A DNA stretch of 64,000 nt, from assembly GCA_919902675.1 (NCBI GenBank), contig CAKKRH010000010.1:38614-102613 (forward strand), written 5' to 3'. Below are positions 35,971 to 45,100 of the stretch, piece after piece. The DNA comes from Omnitrophica bacterium GWA2_41_15 (lineage in GTDB: Bacteria; Omnitrophota; Gorgyraeia; Gygaellales; UBA12090). The notes beneath the pieces were generated by a model that searched no databases, was not told the DNA's origin, and saw only the letters and a program-made list of their open reading frames with translations. A program made the position numbers and the translations under genes. The first letter of the stretch is position 1. Each line of letters opens with the position of its first letter.

Positions 35971-36543
35971 TTAGTATACTATATCTTTTATAATAGTTCG
36001 ATTTTGCAAAACAGGATAACCATTTTTGAAACGCACCTGATCTTCATCAATTCTGTCTTCTATTTTAATCTCGTGAGTCTGGCGACCTTCAAATACAAAG
36101 AAACCAATCTCCATTCTCCCCGCATAGCTGATTCGCCCCGGAGCGACATCGAATAGTCTATTGACACCCAAGAGAGACTGCATTCCGTTCAAAGATACCA
36201 GCTTATAAGTCCCTCTATGTAATTTTAAAGAAAACAAAAACAAATCATCCTGTTTAATATAATTTTCATTCGGAGAAGGAACGAAAAACCATTTTTTATT
36301 ACCGTATGCCTTGTATTGATTAACCTCTTGCAATGTTAAGCTTGCAACCCGAAAAACATCTTTTTGATCTGGTTTATCTTTATTGTTAAATTTACAAGAA
36401 AAAAGCACTATCCCCTCTTTTGGCTGCAGCTCTAGCGTAGTTTTACGCTTCATGAGCAAATAAGGACTAGCGCAACCTAATGTGGACAAGGATAAAATTA
36501 GTATAAGTGCCCAAAGTTGAAATTGTTTTCTCCTCGATTTCAT
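35971..36543 (-). CDS. Lipoprotein, hypothetical
   Basis: Lipobox TLGC, 190 aa. Start overlaps the upstream TPR gene stop by 4 nt (operon). Confidence 0.5.
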   Translation of the reverse strand: MKSRRKQFQLWALILILSLSTLGCASPYLLMKRKTTLELQPKEGIVLFSCKFNNKDKPDQKDVFRVASLTLQEVNQYKAYGNKKWFFVPSPNENYIKQDDLFLFSLKLHRGTYKLVSLNGMQSLLGVNRLFDVAPGRISYAGRMEIGFFVFEGRQTHEIKIEDRIDEDQVRFKNGYPVLQNRTIIKDIVY

Positions 36544-38201
36544 TCTGTAATCCTTTGTATAATAACGTTATCGCCTTCGTGAATATTTACATCAAATTCT
36601 TTGCTTAACCCTGCAATTAGATTATTGCTGGCATCTGAGACCTGAAGTTGAATATGGTGCTGACCGATAGAAAGCCTAGTAGGAATTACACGCACTTCAG
36701 CGGGCAACAGGCTCCAGTGCCGCACATCGGCTGCGGGATTAGCTATTGAGCTCCCAATAGCAAAGGCTAAGCTTATAAGAGCTATACCTACAGCAGCATA
36801 CGATGCTCCTGCTGCAGCAGCACCACCAGTTCCATAGAGACCAGCTTGTTGCTGTAATCTATTGGCTTGATCAGACATTTGCCGAGATACCTGCGATAAT
36901 TGATACGAAATTTGTGCTGTCGTCTCTTTAAACTCAGCCTTACCCTTAAGAATGCCATCCATCATTCGCCCGCCACGAGTTGATGCTTGGTAAATAGTGT
37001 CATTATAGAGCATCGTCTTATGCTCATCAAAACTATCTTTTTTATCTACCACGATCACAACATTATTTGCCTTAAACGGCTTAGATGTAAAGACGGCTAT
37101 TTGGCCATATTCACCAATCGGGTACTTGATTGGACCGCGTCCTAGTTCAACAATAAACAAAACATTATTGGTGGTATCGACGACTTGCTTAAGAATTTCT
37201 GTTGAAATTTGCTTGCAATTTTCGGTGCGGATTCCAGTCAATGTTGTAATAGCTGTTTCAAACGCTTGGATTTCTGCTTCGAGCGATAGGACTTCCTTTG
37301 GTTTCTTAGGAGAACTGGTTGTACTATCATCTTTTCCTTTTGAAGAAAAATTCTGAACTGGACCCTTTGAAGCCACCTGTCCTTTTTTCTTATCTTTCTC
37401 CTCTTTCTTTGGCTTCGAGGGAGCCTGTTTAGACATCAATTTCTCTAACTCTTTTTGTTTTTGACCCAAAAGATTAAGCTTGCTTTGCTCGTCTGAAACA
37501 ACATATCTATTAATAGGATAAGCCAAAAAGTATGCCTCTTGTGCTTTTTTAAAATATTCATCGCTCATTGACTGATTATTATGCAGTATTTCCAATCTAG
37601 CTGCCAATAAATATAGTAATGTTGCATCGCTCTTATAAAGTCCACCCTCTACATCTGAATCGCATAATATTCCGTTTTTCACAGCAGCAAGGGCATTGTC
37701 ATAATCATGTTCTTGTTCTAATAACAAGGCTACATAGAGTGAATTATAAACTCTTTCATAAGGATCACCTTTATACGCCTTCTCTCTTTCTTCCCCTGTT
37801 AATGAAACGGCGCGAGATTCCAGATGGCTAAAAGCAGACGTATCATTCATAAGGTAGTAAGCACCGAGAAATGCACTTAAAGCTTGCTTATAATCTCCTG
37901 CTGTAAGATAAATTGATCCTAGCTGATTATTCCAAAGAGCAAAATCCTTGTCTTTCGTTTTCGCGAAAGCAGCAAACAAAGAACCGGCTTTAGCAAAATC
38001 ACCTGAGTAGAAGGCAAACTCACCATCAATTGCCTGTTCACTTGGAATAGGCTTACTTTCGGCAGGTTTTGATTTGACAGATTCTGATTGAGATCCGCTA
38101 AAATTGGATGTCTGAGCTAAAGATGGGGTTAATTGGGCAGAAAGGAATGCCAAGATGAGAAGAAAACAAGCTAACTTCTTTAAAGCGCTTTTTTCCAACA
38201 T
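36540..38201 (-). CDS. Secreted TPR-repeat protein with lysine-rich low-complexity linker and C-terminal domain of unknown function
   Basis: Signal peptide; TPR-like helices over residues 60-230; a KKEEKDKKKG linker; C-terminal domain ending with a hydrophobic segment. Confidence 0.6.
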   Translation of the reverse strand: MLEKSALKKLACFLLILAFLSAQLTPSLAQTSNFSGSQSESVKSKPAESKPIPSEQAIDGEFAFYSGDFAKAGSLFAAFAKTKDKDFALWNNQLGSIYLTAGDYKQALSAFLGAYYLMNDTSAFSHLESRAVSLTGEEREKAYKGDPYERVYNSLYVALLLEQEHDYDNALAAVKNGILCDSDVEGGLYKSDATLLYLLAARLEILHNNQSMSDEYFKKAQEAYFLAYPINRYVVSDEQSKLNLLGQKQKELEKLMSKQAPSKPKKEEKDKKKGQVASKGPVQNFSSKGKDDSTTSSPKKPKEVLSLEAEIQAFETAITTLTGIRTENCKQISTEILKQVVDTTNNVLFIVELGRGPIKYPIGEYGQIAVFTSKPFKANNVVIVVDKKDSFDEHKTMLYNDTIYQASTRGGRMMDGILKGKAEFKETTAQISYQLSQVSRQMSDQANRLQQQAGLYGTGGAAAAGASYAAVGIALISLAFAIGSSIANPAADVRHWSLLPAEVRVIPTRLSIGQHHIQLQVSDASNNLIAGLSKEFDVNIHEGDNVIIQRITE

Positions 38202-38299
38202 CTTCTCCTCTCTACGAATGAGTAAACCACAAGAAGCAATTCATATTATATAAAAAATGCGGTATTTGTCAAAGCTTAACTTGCGTCATGTTAAATAAG

Positions 38300-38505
38300 A
38301 ATTAAAAGTCCCCAGTTCAATGAGGAAGTGCAACGATTTTATAGTTCGTGTGAGAAAATTGGCTTTATCGAAACCTCTTTTGCAACTCGTAGTCGGAATG
38401 CTTAAATCGACGGTGGAGAATTCAAAAATGGGATGTCTAAATAAGCCGCTCTCTCCGATTAAAAACTTATTTCTGACAACTAGGCGTTGCACTTCCTGGT
38501 TGAAT
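38300..38505. repeat. About 200-bp element bounded by 20-bp inverted repeats (TTCAATGAGGAAGTGCAACG ... CGTTGCACTTCCTGGTTGAATG); probably non-coding
   Basis: Read directly. The track ORFs 38286..38492 and 38320..38652 lie within it and look spurious. Confidence 0.4.
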
Positions 38506-38521
38506 GTAGTTCTTCAATTAT

Positions 38522-38648
38522 GGGGTCAGGCCTTGAAACTTGAAATTAGTCATCAACTTTGCAAACAGCCTCAAGAAACAAGTAAAACATTTACTCCGCA
38601 CCAAATAACAAAGCTATCAGTTAAATTCAACATTCAAGGCCTGACCCC
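38522..38648. mobile_element. MITE-like element copy B (TIRs GGGGTCAGGCCTTGAA...TTCAAGGCCTGACCCC)
   Basis: About 90 percent identical to copy A at 32801-32929. Confidence 0.6.
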
Positions 38649-38696
38649 CTAATCCGCATGTTTTAATTCTATCGGAAAGACTAAGAGATATCAAAT

Positions 38697-38723
38697 CATT
38701 TCACATTTCAAGGGCTGACCCCT
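38697..38723 (-). repeat. Inverted exact copy of the 27-bp TIR at 32045-32071
   Basis: TCATTTCACATTTCAAGGGCTGACCCC is the reverse complement of 32045-32071. Confidence 0.85.
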
Positions 38724-38762
38724 ATTTCTCTCCTCTGGAATTAGACTGGCCCTTATTTTCCC

Positions 38763-39191
38763 TCATTTCTTCCACTTATTGTATACTTTTTTATTATTGA
38801 TAATAATTGCATACAAACTATTCCAACTTATCCGCCAACTTGAATTTATTGATCCGGGCTTAGAATTCTTAAAAATAAACTCAGTTGCATTTTTCGTTGA
38901 CAACACCTCTTTACAATGTGGACACCTGGGTTTTGTCAACCGAGTGAATTTTCCTCCACATTCGCATTTCTCTAGAAACTGCTCTATGTCTCTATTGATT
39001 TTTTCGTACCTATCTTTAATCTTAAAAAAACAAAGACATGCTTGGGGAATTTGTTTATAATGTTCTTCCAAAAAGAGTGTTTTTCCACAACTATCACAGT
39101 AAGCATATGTGGTCTCATTAAAGCCATTATGGATTAATTCATATGAAAATTTGAAGCCACATTTATTACAATAGCCGATTTCTTTTTTCAT
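38763..39191 (-). CDS. Double zinc-ribbon small protein; candidate immunity protein for the RHS C-terminal toxin
   Basis: CNKCG...CDSCG and CECGG...CPHC; 142 aa; very AT-rich; immediately 3' of the RHS gene. Confidence 0.45.
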   Translation of the reverse strand: MKKEIGYCNKCGFKFSYELIHNGFNETTYAYCDSCGKTLFLEEHYKQIPQACLCFFKIKDRYEKINRDIEQFLEKCECGGKFTRLTKPRCPHCKEVLSTKNATEFIFKNSKPGSINSSWRISWNSLYAIIINNKKVYNKWKK

Positions 39192-39199
39192 GTTCTTGA

Positions 39200-42100
39200 T
39201 TATTCGATTTCATAGCCTCGGTTTAAACGCCTTTGCCAGATTTTCCCAGGAAGTGTATTCTCTCCACCATGTTTTACTCCAGGCACATATAGATCAGATT
39301 GCTTAACATTCAAGTCAAAATGATATTTCCCTTTTCCAGCACCTATGCCTAATTTTGATTCTATGGTAGTGGCTCGTGTTCCTTTTGGAAATGCATCTGC
39401 TTTCGTAACAAAGGCGTGCCTATTAAGTTTTCCAGCTTGTTCCATAGCTTCTTTCCCCGCTTTATTAGTATAATGCCGTACCCTGGTTAAGTCATCACCT
39501 TTATTTATCACTTTACTCGCTATCCCAGCCCCACCTGGTACTCCCGGAGCAAGTAAAGCAAGAGAATCTGCAATTAACCCTAGTCCATTCATAAAGCTGG
39601 GGGTATCATTGAATTGCTTTATGGATTGACAAAATGAAGTAATATCCCAAAAGGTTTCCCAAAACCCTCTTGGGGTTGGAGCTTCACTAAGGCTAGAGGC
39701 TTCGCCGTAGGTGAAGCCGCTGGAGATACCTGTGACCAAACCAGAGCCGAAGACTCCACCCCAGAAACCTTCCGCTCCATTCTGCTGATATGCGGTTATC
39801 CCAGAGGCGATCACCACTCCAGCATCAAATATCTGCCGGCCAACATTTTTAAAAATTCCGGCTACCCCCTCCCCTAGTATCCCTGTCCCTAAACCAAACG
39901 CTGCTCCCCATAGCGCACCATCACCAGCATTTTGGCCGCTTAATCCCGCGGTAGTGGCTCCTCCCGCGGCTCCGGCTATGGCTCCAGTCAACATCGGCCA
40001 GATAAACGGCGAAGCGATAACCGCTACCAAAGCCGCGACTACCCCGCCGGCAAAACTGTTCCAGAACTTTTTCCAGCTCCATTTATGACCACTCGGATCG
40101 GTGTAATTTATAGGATTGTTGTTACAATAGGAATAACGGTTTAGGTCCTGAGGGTTGTAGGGGTTGGGGACTATGGTATCAGGGGTTATGAAACGGCCTA
40201 TGTCGGGGTCGTAGTATCTGGCGCCGTAGAAGTATAGGGCGGTTGTGGGGTCTTCTTCTTTGCCGGTGTATTTGTAGTTGGTGGTTTTGGTGCCGTCGGA
40301 GAGATATGTCTTGCCGTAGGGGTAATACTCTATACGCTGTTCTTTCTTGCCGTCGGCATCGCTAATCACATTGCTTGAGCCTAGGTGGTCGGAGTGGTAG
40401 TAGTGCGGCTCCTGCAGTCCATTTACCGTAAGGACACGCTGGGAGCCGAGATAGATGTGCTTCTTGGCGCTGTCTTGAGAGTCTACCTCATAGAGGCTGC
40501 CCACATAGGTTGTGGTCAGGCCGGAACTAGAGACATACTTCTTCACCCTGCCTCCGTCTCCGTCATAGGTGAAGTTAGTGGTGGCGCTTGTGGCATCTTG
40601 GTCGTAAGAGAGCTTCCAGGAGGCGTCTTTCAGACAGTGGATAAAATAGGCCTGGCCCACGATCATATTCGCCTCTGTGCCCATTGCTATGTATTTCTTG
40701 CTATCGGTATAATATTCCTGGAGGCTGTCGTAATCGCTGTCACGCTCCAGGTTATTCAAGGCGCTTTTGACTGTGATGCTATTTTTAGAAGGACAGCCAA
40801 TCAGGTTCCAGCCTTTCTTCAGGGATTTGGTCATCTGATCCGAGGAGGTCTTACCGGAGACAGTCAGGCTGACGCTGCTTAGGCTTGAGATATACACCTG
40901 GTAGCCTCTGCCATATTCTAAGCTGGTGAATTGGTTAAAGTCTGAGTTTTTGACATAGTGCTCGAACTTCTCATCCTTAGGGTTATAGCGGGAGATTTGG
41001 TTGTATTTTGAGAAGATGCTTGAGAATACACTGCTTATCTCTAAGCTCTCCGGGATTAGCGGCAGGGCAAAGAAGTTCCAGCCCGGATTTAAGGTCAGAC
41101 TTACCGAGGCGGAAACAGACTCATCGGAACCCTCAGGCGAGGTCTTGGTCAGCCGGTTCTCATAGTCATAGGTATAGTTAATGGTCTTTGATTCTGAGGT
41201 AGTCTTCTCTTTAAGGTTGCCGTTTGAGTCGTATTCAAAGCTTGAGCCGTCGGAGAGGCCGCTTAAGGCGTGGGGCTTGTCCGAATTATAGCTGTAAGTA
41301 GTTGAGCCGTTTGAGAGCATATTGCCAATTGAATCATAGCTGTAATCTATTGAACCATAACTGCCGGAGGCAGAAGTCAGACGGTTCAGGTTATCATAAC
41401 TAAAACTCTGGTTAGAGCCGTATTGGGAATCAGTAATACCCTTGACATTACCGTTACTATAGAACTCATAGGAGAGATTCTGCAAGGTACCCTGGCTGCC
41501 TTCAGTTTTTAGGGTAGAGAGCCTCAAGGTCTTTTCATCGTAGGTGTAGTTAGTCTCTACATCGTTGCCGTATTTGATATAGGTTATCTGACCGCTGGCG
41601 TTGTAGTTTACCTCTTTGACATAGTCTTTATCCATATAGCCGTTTCGCACCTTAGTCGGGCCCTGGGCGGAATATGTGTATTCCAGGTAATTGCTATCCG
41701 GGTATTTGAGCTTAGTTAAGCGATCCAAGGTGTCGTATTCCTTTTCCACGCTGTAGCTGGTTGAGTCTATAGTCTTGGTAGACTTGGTCTCCCGGCCTAA
41801 GCTATCATACCAGAATTCGGTAGAGCCGCTCTGGTCGCTGATCTTGGATAATCTGCCCTTATAGTTCTCTTTAGAACTGTCATCATAAGTATAGCTGACC
41901 AGGGTCTTGGATTCGGGCGAGGTTACCTTCTTTTTGGTTAAACGGTTTAACTCGTCATACTCAAATTCTAAAACCTGCTCTTTGGCATCGGTCTGCTTAG
42001 TAAGGTTACCCAGGTCGTCGTATTCATAACTCCAGACCCCCATATCCGGATCGTCCATCTTGACCTTGCGGCCTAAGGAGTCATAGTAGATAGAACTGGT

Positions 42101-45100
42101 ATTGCCTTTGGCGTCTTTGACCTTGGTTAGGTTGCCCTGGATGTCGTAGGTATAGGTAGTGGTGTAAACTTGGGAGTCGTTGTGCTCTTCCACCTTGGTC
42201 AGGCGACCGTAGGCGTCGTTATAATAAGTATGGTAATTGCCGTTCTCATCAGTCTTGGTAGTGGTCCAGTCAGAGTAGCTGGTTGAGCTATAGCTGCCAT
42301 CCGGGTTAGTGTTCTGGGTCAGACGGCCTACCGGGTCATAGTCAAAGCTGAAATAATAACCGGAATAACTAGGCGAGCTAAAGGAGCTATCGTTACTTAC
42401 CAGATAGGGCAGATACTGCTTATTAACCTGGCCTTTTGAGTCATAGGTTACTATCCCGGAAACCACCTGGTAGCTCTCATCCTGGGCCGGGGATTTAGTT
42501 TCTATCATGCGGCCCAAACCGTCAGAGAACTGGTAGGTGGCCAGGTAATTACCGGAGTAATCGCTTTTGACCTTTTTGGTAACTTTTATGGGCTGACTGG
42601 ATAAGTTATATTCATAGCTTATCCCGGGCAGGCTTTCGCTGTCTTTGGGGCCAATGGCTGAGGTCAACCGGCCCAAGCTGTCGTAGCGGTATTCAGTTGC
42701 CTGGCTGTTGGAGTCGGTAGACTTGGTAACCTGGCCGGTCTGGTAATCGTATTCGTTGTTTAAGGTATGGCCTTTGGAATTGGTGATCTTGGTAGGATAA
42801 CTGTGCAGGGTGGAATCGTATTCGGTTGTAGTAGCGTAGCCTTTAGAGTTGGTGGCCTTGGTGAGATTACCATAAGAGTCATAACTGTATTGGCTGGAGA
42901 GCTTCTTCTCGCTTGCGTCCTGGGAGTTATACAGCCAGGCCTCCTCTTTAGTCAATAAGCCATGGCTGGCTGAGGCATCATAAGAGTCAGCTCCATCATA
43001 ATAAAACCACCTCTGGGTTACTCTTTCTCCGCTTGCGTCCGCAAGTTTGACAGACTTAGGCAGACCGACTATCCAGTCTGAGGTATTATAGCTATACTCC
43101 GTGGTTAGGGTTCTTTCATCGCCGCTTTCGGAGACATTGCCTTGGCTCTGAACCTTGGCGGGGTTGCCGTAGTCATCGTATTCGTAGGTTAGGCGGGTCT
43201 GCTTATAGCTGGAGTCACCGTCATAGATATAGCTGTCGGCCTGGCTCACATAGGCGAAGTTGACCCCGGAATAAAGCTCCTTTTTGCTCCAGGTGTTTTC
43301 AGCTTTGGCATAGAGATTGCCGCCGGAGTCTCTGGTCTCCTGCTTGTAAGGCTTGCCCTTGTAGACCGAGTCCTGCTTAAAATAGCTCTCGCTGTAATTG
43401 CCGTCGCTATCGGTTACTTTGCAATAGCCAAAGCCCCTAAACTCCCGCTCGCTAAAATCAAATACTCCGTCCTTATAGCTGTAGTTAGTGCTGTAGCTAT
43501 TGCCCCGGCCGTCGCTTAGCTGGCTCTGGCTGACCGCGTATATCGGGAAGCTCAAGTCTGACTGAGTATCAGATCCGCTGTTAGAATACTGGCTAGAGGA
43601 TTTATAGGTTATCTCGATGCTGCCGCCTATGCCGCTATCTATCTGTTTTAATAATTCGGGGTATGGGCTGGGATTAATATAGCTAGAGGTCTCGCTATCA
43701 GTGGGATGATGGATAAAATCCAGCTGGCCGTCGGAATTCACATCCAGGACCCTGGTGCCATCGGTAAAATCTCCGGTAGTCATCTTCCAGCTAGAGTCCT
43801 CTTTCCAGCCTAAGCCGGTGTTGATGTAGGTCTTTCGCAAAGAACTGCCTTTATTGATCAGGATATCGGCTAAGCCGTCGTTATTCACATCGGCAAACTG
43901 AGTGGAGTTATCGTTGATGTTGGCATCTGAGGGCGGATCAAGGCTCGACTCCCTGGCCCAGCCGCCTCCGGTATTAAGATAGGTCTTTCTCCCAAGACTA
44001 GAGGTATCGCTGGCTATCACCAAATCCAATAGGCCGTCGGCGTTTAGGTCAACCAATTGCGTGCCGTCCCGTAAGTCACCGTCAGGAAGGGCCCAGGAGC
44101 TGTTTTCGCTCCAGCCGCTAGACTTATTATTCAGATAGGTTATCCGGCTGTCGGAGCGGCAGTAAACATAATCCGCGTAACCGTCACTATTGAGATCAGC
44201 TAAAATCACCCCTTGAGATTCATGCCAGTCATGATACTCATCATACCTGGCTACGGCTATGTATTTACCGCTGGGAAAACTCCAGCCGGAGCTACTCTCC
44301 CAGCCGCTTTGCTTATTGTTTAAATTTATACTATTAATCACACCCCCTTCTTTGGTTTGGAAATTCTGCACCAAGTCCACCCAGCCGTCTCCGTTTATAT
44401 CCGCGAAACGCACCCCCTGGTCCCCGGTGTATGACCAGATATGCGGGCTAATCTGCCAGTTGGTGGTTTCCTTCCAGGCGGAGACGGAAGAATCAAACAA
44501 AAAGCTGTGGTTTTCGGTATAATTATCTCCGTAATACCGCTTTCTGATTATATCCGGATAGGTATCGTTATTCACATCCACAATCACGCATCCGGAATCA
44601 AAGTTGGCGTAAGGGGGGATGCTGTAACTGGTGCCGGAGGCCTGCCAGCCCTGAGACTGCTGTTGATATTCAAAGCTGATTTCCGGAAGGCTTATATTAT
44701 TATCCTGGCCGTAAGTCTTGACCGAGCTAAGCAAACTGCGGCTGTTCTGGGAGGTGGCATAGCTTAAAACATACCGGCGCACCTGCTCATCCTGGTATTT
44801 TACTTTAATCTCGCTTAGCCTCTTGGCCATAGTTGCCTTAAATCCCGGCCGGTAATTAATAATGCTGTCAGAGCGGCTCTCGTAGCTAAATTGGACGCTG
44901 TAAGCCGGCTCAAGTGAATTACCGCTGTTACCGGTATAACTTATCCGGCTGGGATAGAGCTGGTTGTCTTCTTTTGTATAACTTATAGTCAAATAGTTAT
45001 TATAAAGGTCTTCCACCCTGTTCAAAGACCATCTAAATACCTTGGAGCCGTAGTCCTGGCGGCTGGAGCTGGTCTGGCCAAAGTAGTATTTAATCCCGGA

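Noticed and set aside
38286-38652. ORFs 38286..38492 (minus) and 38320..38652 (plus)
   Set aside because: They sit inside an inverted-repeat-bounded element and a MITE, overlap each other on opposite strands, and have no motifs; judged non-coding.
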